Part shown: piece after piece, positions 39,271-51,094 of the stretch
Position numbering within the stretch: position 1 is the stretch's first letter
Layout of the letters: every line of letters begins with the position of its first letter
NCBI GenBank assembly: GCA_964106645.2
Contig: OZ067043.1
From: Podarcis pityusensis
Lineage: Eukaryota
Direction: 5' to 3' (one strand)
DNA length: 64,000 nucleotides
Position numbers and translations under genes: made by a program
The notes under the pieces: generated by a model
The model's database searches: none
Told to the model about the DNA's origin: nothing
Seen by the model: the letters and a program-made list of their open reading frames with translations, nothing else

Positions 39271-40124
39271 CCTCAGAAAACATACTATCCTTATTTCCAT
39301 GGAACAAAATGAAAATATATTGCCAACCGGACAGTATCTTGGGAAATCTTTTCACTCTTCATTTTCAGCGTAAATTAACATTTTTAGTGATGGGCAACAG
39401 TGTACATGCATCCTAATAATCTAAAAAGAGCATTAAAAAGAAACAATAAGTGCCTTCAGGCATACTTCTTTTCCTTCCTTGAATGTTTATTACCTGCCAA
39501 CACTGTGGCATTTGATTGCAAACTGCCCTCTGCCTGAACTACATTCCTAATATGTCTGAGAATTATGCATTCAATAAATCTCAAATAAATCTCAAGAATG
39601 GCACATACATTGACTGGTGTCTCTGTGTTGTTGAGCAGAGAATCTCAGACTAACAGTGTTAGAGCTGATGAAAAGTTGCCTTAGTAACAATTGCAAAATA
39701 TTTATCAAAAGTTAAATTCAGTTACAAGCCTCAGAGCTTGTCACCTATACATTTTAACAAATTAGTCCTTGATGTGCACACCTTTCAGACAAGAGAAAAG
39801 CTCTCCTTAAATTAATCTGACAATAATAGTTGTGACTATTAGGGTCCAGTTCATCAATCTTTGATTTTCTGTGGGCGTCGCTTCATTTTTCACTCTCTAT
39901 CTCCAGGCAGCAAAACAATTCTGTTTATGATTGACTGTCAAAATGAAATCCAATGATCAGAACAGAAATATTCTGCTCTGAACTCCTGTATGTTTACTGA
40001 AATACAGAGAGTAAACTGGACACAATTAATCAAATCCATGGATCCAAGAGCCAGACATTTGCTAAAGGAGCTTAGGGGTTGGGATACCTTCACAGAGAGT
40101 AAGCTTGTTGAAAACTGTTCAGTA

Positions 40125-40290
40125 TCTTCTGCTAGGCTTTATGCATCTGAATACCAGTTTCTGGAAACCACAGGAGGGAAGAGTACTGATGAACTCAGGT
40201 CTTCTTGCATGCTTTCCATAGGCACCTGGTTGGCCAATGAGAAAACAGAATGCTGGCCTAGGTGAACCATTCAGTAGGCTCTTCCTACTA
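40125..40290 (+). mobile_element. CR1 3' UTR fragment, old (similar fragment at ~36570-36700)
   Basis: tctgaataccagtt.ctgg..ggcacctggttggcca.tgagaaaacagaatgctgg.ctag.tg.accatt pattern typical of reptile CR1 3' ends. Confidence 0.55.
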
Positions 40291-43200
40291 CTTGTCATCT
40301 AAGGGGACAATAGACTTGATTCAATTGTCCTCTTCCCTACTGATCAGTTATTTTCTAACTGCATGGGATTCTAACCACGTATTTGGTTGATGCCTAGTTT
40401 GGTCATTAAGTAATAGCTACAAGCAGAAGCCCCTAGAATCAAAGTTCTGTTTGTCAAGGACAGCTATCACATTTATGCCCAAATTTCTTTGCCTTTATAG
40501 GCTTAAGACAAACCTTTCATGTTGCTCGAGCTATTTTTGAGGGGAGGGGGAGGGGGAAAAGTTCCATCTATTTAATGAAGTCATCCACCAGGCTCTAATC
40601 GGATACTGCCTGAACAGATAAAAACAACATATCCTGTCTGATGTTGTGTCCTTTGGATACCAAGATGTAGTTATGGATTTGTCAGGGCAACTTTGAAGCT
40701 CTGTGTGAAGAAATAGGATTTGACTTCTGCTTCCTTCATAGGTCTTATTTGGCTGGAGAAGATGCTATTGAATTCTTGAAAAGATCAGACATGTGAATCT
40801 CTTGAGCAATAAAGAGGATGCCATTCATTTTTCACTTGCCCCACCCTAAGAAAACAAGTGTTGCGGGAAAAGCCAAAAAAACAAGCAAACAAACCAGTTA
40901 AGGATGTATAAAGGAAAAGGGAAGACTGCCATACAGAAAAATTGCATTCAATGGAAGTTCATATAATTATTATTTTTCTTTTATTCCATCCCACTATTTA
41001 GAGTAGAATTAAAAAAATAATAATCTTAAACACCAGTAATTCAAATACCTGTACATTTGATATTACTGATGAGAACTCCATAACAATATAATTATCCCAA
41101 CTATTATGTGGATGATAGTGTGATTTGGGGTGGGGGTGTATAATCCTAATATAGTAGATATGGGGGAAATGGCAAAAATCTAGTTAGCTCAGGACATTGA
41201 GAAAATTTATGAGACAGAAATATCAACAGCAAATAGTTTAAAGATAAACAAGTTCCTACCCAGAAATAAGCCCTGCTGAGTTCAGTGAGACTTACTCTCA
41301 CATAAGTATGTGTAGCAGTCTTACAGTAGTGGGTGGCGTTAATGTGGCGCCAAACTGAGGGCTCCTCCACACTTCCTTTTGCCCAGCTGGTATATAGTAC
41401 TATAATTAATATTTTAAATACATTGAAGTCAGACCTCAAAAGGAGTCTTTTCCATTCACCTGGAATAGCACTCTGAAAACAGGATTATAATTCTCCAAGA
41501 CAATTAATGGCAGCACTCTCACTCACTCACAATATGAATCCTTTGGGACAGAATATCAGAATGTGTTATAGTGCTGGATCCACAGGTGCATTTGAAAAAT
41601 TAAATGAGGATTTAGCTTGGGAAGGAGACAGAGAATTGGAGTTGTGATAGCTTTAGACAAAATGTCAATAGTATCGACTATAGATGAAGGGCATTTAATC
41701 GGCTCTCCATCCCAGTGCTGTCTATGGGATTCTCTATTTTCTTCAGTGTTCTTCCTCCCAATTGAGCTGATAAGGGATTAAAAATAGGAAGGCAAACGCA
41801 GGAAAGAAGTTTCATACAGCAGCAGATAGAAAGGGCAGCTTTGTGCCACCTTCCATTATTTTGAAAGATATGACGCCAATAAATCTAGTGCAGAGCAAGG
41901 GTAGCAACAAGCTTGTGTTAGTATTGGTCTTGGCCTATTTATGTGCTCTGGGAGAAAGAAGAATGATACTTGGGTTCCACTTGAGAATCATAAAACATAT
42001 TGGTAGTAGGAAATGAACTCTGGGCTTATGGGGCATCAGCACTGGTGGAAGAATTAGTCTGATGCTCATCAAAGCGCAGCTGCTTTGGGTTTTTGTGTAT
42101 CACAACAGTCAATTTGCTGAAAATGCTTTTGGAATGTCTCCCTACAAAATTAACAGCATGCCCCTCCCCACCAATCTTCTACTGACTTCTCCCTCCCAGC
42201 TTGCAAACTTTTGTAGATTAGGCAAAATTGCATATAAAATATGTGAATTAGGAGAAATGTGATTATTTTTCATGAGGACTTAAGAAGAATCACAAACTGA
42301 TGTGGAAAAGTGACAAACTGAATTTAAGATTGGGAAAACAAGAAAGCGAGAGGAACCAAAACCCATGTGCCACCCTTTTAAAAAAATTGGCTATACAGTG
42401 TCTCCCTTGAAATTAAAAAAGAAAATTCTTGAAGAACTAATGAGCAACCAGCTTAGTGAGCCATGATTTCTGCAGGAAACACATCTTATGTGGTGCATAT
42501 GTTTATACTTTTAAATACCCAAGTACAATTATGCATGAATTTGGAGAAGCCAACTGGGCCAAGGTTCCCAAACACATGTTCCCAGGTACATACGTACAAG
42601 TATTGTATGTTTGAAAGGAGCCACCAGTTCTACGCTGGCATTTCGTGGATAATCATAAACTGCCCATAACCAAGGGTGGCTACAATGATCAGATGAGACC
42701 TGATCCAAACTGCTTTAGATGTAGTGCTAAAGACCTATGGGATACTTACTGACAACTACACAGATAATTTTAAAAGCAAATAAATCAAACCTTTAAAATG
42801 GCACAGAATTCTCCTGGTTCAGGCAGTAATGTGAAGGTTTTACTCATGCACTGCTTAATAATAACATGCTGCAATTTATCTCTAAATTCCAAACCCCTTT
42901 GTAGACCAAAAAAGAATATCAGGCAAACATAAAAGGAATATAGTGTAAATAAACAGCTTATCTTGGAAGAGAAAGATAAAATGGACAACATTAAGGAAGG
43001 AGAAACCTTTGCTGCTGAATTTGCCACTTATAGATTAATCTGCCCATTATCCTTCAATGGAAACCTTTTGCAGCATTCTGCCAGGGAGTAAGTAGACCCC
43101 CACCCCATCTACATTTAAATGGATGTAAAATGGATATACTACTGTATATCAGGCTCTGTTGTTGTGAAAGCATAAGGGCATGGATACAACCCAGATTATA

Positions 43201-45812
43201 TTTGGGGGGAAACAAATTCTTGAATAGATCTCATCATAAGCCAACCAACATGATTGAAAACACGAAATATTATAAGGTTCGCCTGAAGCACGCTTAGGTG
43301 GCTGTGGGTGCCGAAAAGATCTTCACAATCACACCAGACTTACTGTTTGGTAAAGACACAGCTTTCTTAAATGACATTAAGCCAGGCTAAGGCCACATAA
43401 CCATCTCTATTATGTTGTTCATAATGTGCCACCGATACATGCAAATGTGTGTGGATGTGGCGGTGGTAGGTACACTGCTTTCCCCTGATAAACAAAGGCA
43501 AAATTCCATCGTAAGAAACCAAGTCTCTGCATCAGAAGCCCTTCTCAGCCAGCTCACTAACACAAAGACATTTCGGAACAGTTTTATTGTATGGAAGTGG
43601 AAAGGCTTGCGGGGGGGGGGGGTGAATCTAATAATAGGCTGCTTTTACGCGAAGATCCAGCAGGTAAAAGCTCTGATTGAATTTCATCTTGATTTCATTA
43701 AATATTCATAAAGGCCAATTAGAAGGGCAGCTAAGTAGGCCACAAGGCCCCTTTCTATCATCCTGTCAAAGGCAGTCCATCAGGCAGCAACTATTTGCAT
43801 TAGGACCCAGCAGTCAATATCTTCATTTAATCTTTATGTACTGTCCCTCTAAATCACTGCTCTCTCTCCTAGTGTATGGTTTTTATAGCCAGATGAAGGA
43901 AAGCGGGGGGGGGGGGACGACCTAATAATTCTGAAGGCAAGATGCTTACTCGGTAGAAAGCAAAATGCAAATGAGAAATAACATCCTCAATCAAATGTTG
44001 GAATGAAAATCTTTTCTTTAATGAGAAATGACATTGGTGGAGCACTGATTACCATGAAGAAAAACTGTTTAAAATTCATAATCAATCAAGCAAGTTTATT
44101 TTAACCTTTCATGACTAAACTGCTGGGTTACAGTTTAATTTATTGATGGTGCTTATCTCTCCCTCCAACCACTAATTTTAAAATTATAACTCAGATAGAA
44201 TACTCTGTTGAGTTGCAAATATATATGCTGATGTTTACATTGAGGGAAACCTACTAGCCGTATATTACAGATAAAGAAAAAAATTAAGATATTCTCACAT
44301 CCCTGTATACACTATATATTCTGTATATGTGCACACACATGCAGTACTCTCCTACTTTGTTTTGGCCCCCCCCCCAACGAAAAGAAAAGGCTGCTCTTTT
44401 GTTTGGAAGCCACATGAATGAATTTAATTTCAAAATCCAATCAACCTTCAAGGACAGCTCAGACACAATCATTGTCATGTGGAGGCCTTGTGACTTTCTA
44501 ACAATAGACACTAATGGAAATGTCCATCTATTTTGGCCACGGATATAACCATCTAGGAAAGACTGAAGAAAATACAATTTACAACAATACTTGTATCCTA
44601 AGGAAAACAGGAGATAATATCTCAACACAGAAGCACGTGGAAGCATGGAAGGATTTGAATTTTTAAAAACTAGCATCTGCCTTCATCGTGTCCTATTAGA
44701 ACTGATGCACAACATACCGAGAGGCAAAGCAATTGAACCACAAGGAATATGGAACAACAACACAAATACCAGAAGCCTGCAGCAATGTTAAGGCTGGTAC
44801 ATTCCAGTATACACAATCTGCTCTTATTTGGGGTCTCACCCTCACATCCCTGACCCTCTCTGTCTCTGTCTGTCTCTCTCCTGGCAATGTTTCACCTATA
44901 TGAGCTCAGGTGGGAGGCAGCAGCTATTGCTGCATAATGGCCATGGGTGCCAGTCCCTTCCACAACACACCTCAAAAACTGTGAAGTGGGTGCCCATGAC
45001 CACAAAGATGTCTTATTTGAGCAGTCAGTGGCTAATCATTAAGTCCATGGATTGTTCTGTTATATAGTGAATTCCTATGGACTTTCTTCTAGTAATCTAC
45101 AAAACACTGGTGCTCATTTATATAGTTTTTAATTCTTACTATCTTTTGATAGCATGCAGTGATCTTTTTTAAAAAAACTACTTGTACATTAAAAATTCAC
45201 ATTACTAAAAAAATGTTATCCTTATTAAGTATATCCAGGGACGGCAGATTCAGAAGCTACTGGCAGATCTCAGATGGGGGGGGGGGGGGAGCAGGGTATA
45301 AGTTTTTTAAATAAATTAAAAATAATCTCTGAGTGGTTTGCCGTAGATTGGCATAGTTCTCCTACTCCCAATAGTTTAACTATAGCAAGTAAAATAGAAA
45401 AATCTCTGCCACGGCTGGCCCTGTGCTAATCACTTATGTCTTTAACCTGAGTGTACCTTTCCTGTAAAATATGAGTATTGGCTGCTTTTGAGTAGCTCTT
45501 TGTGCAGCTTTAGTGGCCACTATGAGAGTTTTGTGCTAGTACCCCTGATCTACAGCATATCAGATTAAAAGTATATTTGTATATGCTAGATCCTACCCAC
45601 ACTCGGACCTGTTTGAAAAACTTGAATAACTTTTATAAAAACAAATTTTCATCTTAATATTTTCTCGTGTGTATTTTCAAATTTTATTTTCTCTTTAAGC
45701 CAAAACATGCTTCCAAATGACATTCTGAAACTGGGCAAATCAAGCCTGCTCATACGGTAATTCTGATTTTATATGGCACAGTAGCACTTACAAAGCACTC
45801 TATTCTCAACTT

Positions 45813-45845
45813 TGCAGTTGTTCCTTGCAGCCACTAGAGGCCACT
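45813..45845 (+). promoter_or_regulatory. Candidate CTCF site
   Basis: CCACTAGAGGCCACT is one mismatch from CCASYAGRKGGCRSY, with an upstream TGCAGT module. Confidence 0.35.
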
Positions 45846-45916
45846 GTGACACTTGCCAAGGGGGCATACAAGGGGTCTCTGTACCATGGGCCTCCTCACT
45901 CAGCCCAATAATTTTT

Positions 45917-45962
45917 TGTCTGTTTGTTTGTTTGTTTGTTTGTTTGTTTGTTTGTTTGTTTT
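45917..45962. repeat. (TTTG)n microsatellite
   Basis: About 11 tandem TTTG/TGTT units. Confidence 0.95.
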
Positions 45963-46224
45963 AGCAGCTGGATAAAAAGCCACTACAGAAGGAAGTGGTA
46001 GCTGCAACAGTTTCACTGGGCCATTTATAGTTGCCAAAAGAGTCCAGTACCCTGGTGAGTCAGATTCTTTCTAAGCATTATATTGTACTGCTTTTTTATC
46101 TATAAAAAGCTGGCTCTGGGTTTCTTTGACACAGGCTTAGACAGGGTGATGTCTAATTGTCATCCATATCATACAGGTCTGAACTATTCAGGGTGACCTC
46201 TGACACAATTGGGAACTAGGGGAC

Positions 46225-46415
46225 CACCTTGGGAGACCAGGATTCAAATTCTCATTCAGCCATGAAGCTCACTGGGTGACCTTGGGCCAGCCACTGTCTC
46301 TCAGGCTAACCAGCCTTACAGGGCGGTTGTGGAGACTGAATGAGAAAGGGGGAAGACCATGTACACCTTGAGCTCCTTGGACTATAAATGCAGTACATTA
46401 ATTAATAAATTAATA
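46225..46415 (+). mobile_element. Squam3/MIR-like SINE, 5'-clipped
   Basis: tgggagaccaggattcaaattctcattcagccatgaagctcactgggtgaccttgggccag..tctctcaggctaacc..caccttgagctcc, then an AT-rich tail. Confidence 0.8.
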
Positions 46416-46671
46416 AGACATCTATCACCAGAATCCCATCATCCCATCTTTATGTTGTCAGATCCTAGCAGGCCACACACACACACAGTTTTGCTACCCA
46501 GGCATTTTCTTCAGGAATGATTATATCACCTCTTCCTCTTTATGCTTCTAAATTGTATCCTCTGGTGCTGCTGGGCAACTGCTCTTTTACGCTATCATTG
46601 CAGCTGACTGGGAAGCTGTCTGGTGAGATTCCTCACCTCGTCTTTCTAGACCAGCTCCAGGTTCACAAATA

Positions 46672-46913
46672 CAGTGGTACCTCAGGTTACATACACTTCA
46701 GGTTACATACGCTTCAGGTTAAAGACTCCGCTAACCCAGAAATAGTGCTTCAGGTTAAGAACTTTGCTTCAGGATGAGAACAGAAATCAGGCTCCAGCCG
46801 CGCGGCAGCAGCAGGAGGCCCCATTAGCTAAAGTGGTGCTTCAGGTTAAGAACAGTTTCAGGTTAAGTACGGACCTCTGGAACGAATTAAGTACTTAACC
46901 TGAGGTACCACTG
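46672..46913. mobile_element. Tc1/mariner (Tigger/pogo-type) MITE, 242 bp
   Basis: Perfect 18-bp TIRs CAGTGGTACCTCAGGTTA / TAACCTGAGGTACCACTG; TA TSD on both sides; internal CTTCAGGTTA repeats. Confidence 0.92.
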
Positions 46914-47819
46914 TAGTGAGCTCATTCTCCAAGCACTAATGTTAACGTAGCCAAAATGGTGGCATGCACAAACAAGGGAGGTATCAGTAAGCTTAAAGAA
47001 CCCCCAGGTTTGAAGAAGAACTCATTTTTTTTGGCGGGGGTGGAGACCCTCCAAATCAGCTCAGTGCATTGGTGGGGACTGGAATTGAGTATTCTTGGTG
47101 TAGGGATAACAGGAGACAAGTTTCCTGGCTGTTTAATAAACTGAAATAGAGCACTTCACACAGCAACATTTGTTGCAGGTCCCCTGTGTCATTTAAAAGT
47201 TATGATTGGATTGGACAGATCTCAGTTGAAAAGAGTGCCACTGTTGGAAAAGCCATGTTCATAGTTCAGAGAGCCTCACAACTGATAAGAGTGGCACCTG
47301 AAGAGCTGTTTCATCAGATTATTTTAAATCACAAGGAACATGTGGAAAAGGTGTTCTCTAAGATAACAGTCAAAGTGACATACATATTTTTAAATGTTTA
47401 TTCCTGTTGCCCAGGTCTCAAAATCCAAGGGAATCAAATTGGAGAACAAGGAGGCTAATCTAGGCCTTCAGTCTCCTGTCTTTTAACCACCCTAATCAAT
47501 ATCACTTTCAAAATGCTATACTACAATGCTTAATAGAGAGACTATGGTGGAAACTGTCAAGCCCTCTCCACACTTGACAACAGACTTTCTCCCAAGGATT
47601 CCCCCTATGGTGCTCTTCAGTGGAGAAAATGACTGTGATCACACAGGAAAGGAGGGAGACTTTGCTTCTTTGAGCAGAACACCACTAAGAATTTCAGAGC
47701 AGTATCTAAAGGGCTGAAAATCCCAGAGGCCTACAGACCCTGGTAAGGAGAATTTCAGAATAGGCCAGGAGGATTCTTTCTAGTGTGGTCTGGTACACAA
47801 ACACTTTCAAATGTGCTTT

Positions 47820-48072
47820 GAGAGCCAGAGCGGTGTAGTGGTTAAGAGCGGTAGTCTCGTAATCTGGGGAACCGGGTTCGCGTCTCCGCTCCTCCACATG
47901 CAGCTGCTGGGTGATCTTGGGCCAGTCACACTTCTTTGAAGTCTCTCAGCCCCACTCACCTCACAGAGTGTTTGTTGTGGGGGAGGAAGGGAAAGGAGAA
48001 TGTTAGCCACTTTGAGACTCCTGAAGGGGAGTGAAAGGCGGGATATCAAATCCAAACTCTTCTTCTTCTTCT
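47820..48072 (+). mobile_element. Young Squam3-type SINE, full length, with (TCT)n tail
   Basis: A-box cggtgtagtgg, B-box gggttcgcgtctcc, CORE-like tgggtgatcttgggccagtcac, L2-like tail aaaggcgggatat, (TCT)n end; CpGs retained. Confidence 0.88.
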
Positions 48073-50441
48073 TTGATTGTATTTGTCCTTCTCATTTATT
48101 AATCTGAATTCTATCAGATTTTCTTTCAAGGCCATATCTAACTCATCTAAATAGAAAACATTAACATTTCCCAGACAATCCAGCAACAATCTAAAGAAAT
48201 GCATAGCATGGCTGACTGTGATTTTGGCAGCAACCTATCCACCCCCCCCCCGAAAGGAAATAAATGTTAGAAATGGGCTACAATGCACATGTATCATAAC
48301 AGGATGGATCTGAGGTATATGGAGGATTTCAGAAGACACATCTATTGACATCACGGCAAAGCACTCTGTGCACTATTGCCGCTCCACATTTGTTATTTTC
48401 TATGAAGAATCACAGTGACCCAAACAAGCACTAAATGTCATTTGATTGAATATTTTGCTTTTTAGTTGTTAGCTAGAAGCTCTGCAAAGAAGACGTGTTT
48501 CCTTGAATTTATAATATCACCTGTACGTTCAAATTTCTATCTAATACAGATGATTCAATCACTAAAAATGACATTCCAAGATTGACGATCAGAACATGAC
48601 TTCTTCCAAATAAACAATTAATAATCATCTAGTACTTCAATAAAAATGACTCAGTGCTTAGCATGAGTCACCCCAATGATTTAGGGAAGATGGAATCACT
48701 GTTTTCCAAAAGGCTATCCACAGACAAGCCTTCAAATTCATTTCTAAAATTACCCGATAAACTAATGGTAAAGAAGACGTCAGTGCACTATGGAAGTCCA
48801 TTAAGAGAACAAGCTCAAAAAGAAGCAAATAAAAAGCCAAATATCAAGCATGCACACCGCTTAGGTCTGCTTCCCTCTCTGCTCCAAACCATAAATAGGT
48901 ACAAAATGAGATTTGCTTATGAACACCCTGAGAAGCTGATAAAATGCAAGGCGATGCACAGCAAAGTTAAAGGAAGAAAACCACTATGTTGGTGAAGTCA
49001 GAACCCAAGACATTATACAAATATCCACCAACTTTGTGAGAAGCCAAAATATTTCATCAAGAGTCAGGGATGTTGGAAAACGCCCTGGGGTGCACCTGCA
49101 GCCCCCAAACTCCAAGTGTCCTCCGGTATGCGCAGCGCTGGAAAAGGCAAATTACCCAACTGATATATAGGTTTTCCCATGCCTTTGGATGTCAAAAACC
49201 ATTCAAAGTTCACGCTAACCACCAAAACCAGAATTACGAAATATTACAGAAAATTCTGTGGAAGCAAAGTAATATTTTATCTAAATCCAGTTCTGGCTTT
49301 TGTACAGAAAGGAAACTCTTATCTTAGACATTATCTCTCTGGTGTTAGAAGACATCTTGCACCTGGGTTTGAATGCAATGTAATTTGTGAGTTTGGACCC
49401 CTCAATGGTGGGGTTGCGAATGCTGATAGGCTTTTTATTTATTTATATATTTTTTGTTATTTATTATTTATTATATTTCTTATTTATTTTAGAATCAAAT
49501 CGCTCTATTAGCTAATTTTAAGGGTTGTTTTTTTTTTATTCTTCTGTGTTTTGAGCAACCTACTTTAATTCAGCTTTTTTATCTGCTTCTGATACTTGTT
49601 GCTTGTTTGTTCTGCCCTGCTTGTGTGTTGTTGTAGTGCTGCATTTCCCATTTTTTCATGTTGAAGTTATAAACTACCTAGGATATTTTAAATAGAAAAG
49701 TGATAAATAAATATTTTGAATAAATAAAATGAATATAAGTAAGAATAATTATTACTTCCCTCAATTCACCACTGAGCATCAGTTCTTTTTTGGGTTGGGG
49801 AAAGACCTTCCCCATACACACACAATCACAAAACTTGTTTCACTCTCCTACAATTTCTTGTTCCAGGTAGACCACAGATGAAAAGAGGTATGAATTGTCC
49901 TATGATGTTTCATTCAGATCCCACACCCCTTAAGTTAGTGAAAAATTGATGTTCTGTACCTTTTGGTGTCAAGGCTACCCCTGCTAGAATGAATGAAAAA
50001 AACTTTTTAAAAGCACATTATTTGTTTGCTTGTTTTGTTTACTTATGTTGCTTCAGATGGAAAATTCCCAAAGTGACTAACAACAATAAAAATACAAAAC
50101 AAGAACAAAACATAAAAACAAGTATGCTAATAGGTAATCCACAGACATCAGTAATAAAACCCAACAAAAATATGAACCAATTGCTGCCAGAAAGCCACCA
50201 AAGACATATCAATATCAATACATTTTATTTAAATAGCCACCATCCTCCAGATTTGGAATAATTTCCAGTGAGGGGAGGGATCCAATTTTGGGATATAAGA
50301 AGCAAGAGAAAACTTCAGGATATACAAGGATATACAAAGCAAATTCAACATATCCCCAAACACTATTTAGACTTAACTTTTACCTATTGCACATAGCTAA
50401 TGCCACCTTCTTGAGAATTCTTCCTCAGCTTTCTTAGAATG

Positions 50442-50799
50442 ACCGCTCCCCACATCAAATGGGGGGGTGACTTTTGCGTGGTCGAGCGCAGTCCCCCGGA
50501 TCCCAGTTCGGCTCCTGGCAGTTTGGGCTGGCTTCATCCTCCCCAGGCTGGATACCTAGAGGTCTCCGCCTACCTCAACCAATCGCCCAATCCCGCCTGG
50601 GGAGACGATGCCAGGGGATTGGCCAGGTAAGGGGAGGGACAACCCTGCCCACACAACAGAAGGTGAATCTTACCTGCAAAGCGTCAGTTGGCTCCAGAGC
50701 TTCTACAGAGAGGACATCGCTGGATTTCCTCGGTGGATAAGTTAGGCCTCCCCCGCTCGACCACGTGGCCACTTTGGGCTGTGGGGGCGGGGAGGAATA
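50442..50799. mobile_element. Unclassified GC-rich insertion flanked by a 22-bp direct repeat
   Basis: CTTCCTCAGCTTTCTTAGAATG at 50420-50441 and 50800-50821; sharp jump in GC/CpG; nested inverted repeats. Confidence 0.7.
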
Positions 50800-50840
50800 C
50801 TTCCTCAGCTTTCTTAGAATGGTCAACTGCTCTCTCAGTA

Positions 50841-51094
50841 CAGTCATACCTTGGGTTGTGAACGTGATCCATGCGGGAGGCAGGTTCACAACCTGCAGTG
50901 TTTGCAACCCAAGGTATGACTGTGACTGACTGCATCTGCGCACACGCGCACCACGATTCAGCGCTTCTGTGCATGCGCGTGATGTCATTTTGTGCTTCTG
51001 CACATGCACGAGCGCTGAAACCCGGAAATAACCCATTCCGGTCCGCAACCAGAAAACGCACAACCCACAGCGTTCGTAACCCGAGGTATGACTG
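50841..51094. mobile_element. Tigger/pogo-type MITE with an extra internal TIR
   Basis: TA-CAGTCATACCTTGGGTTG ... TAACCCGAGGTATGACTG-TA; third TIR copy at 50905-50922. Confidence 0.85.

Noticed and set aside
46672-46913. Regularly recurring CTTCAGGTTA motif resembling a repeat-spacer array
   Set aside because: These are internal repeats of a TIR/TA-bounded MITE in a vertebrate genome; not CRISPR.
47820-47895. tRNA-like A/B-box sequences (also ~1000-1070, 29240-29295, 37150-37219)
   Set aside because: These are SINE heads continuing into SINE bodies, with no intact cloverleaf; not tRNA genes.
50575-51063. 162-aa and 125-aa overlapping ORFs
   Set aside because: They run across two independent GC-rich insertions and a TSD; the lack of stop codons is explained by GC content.
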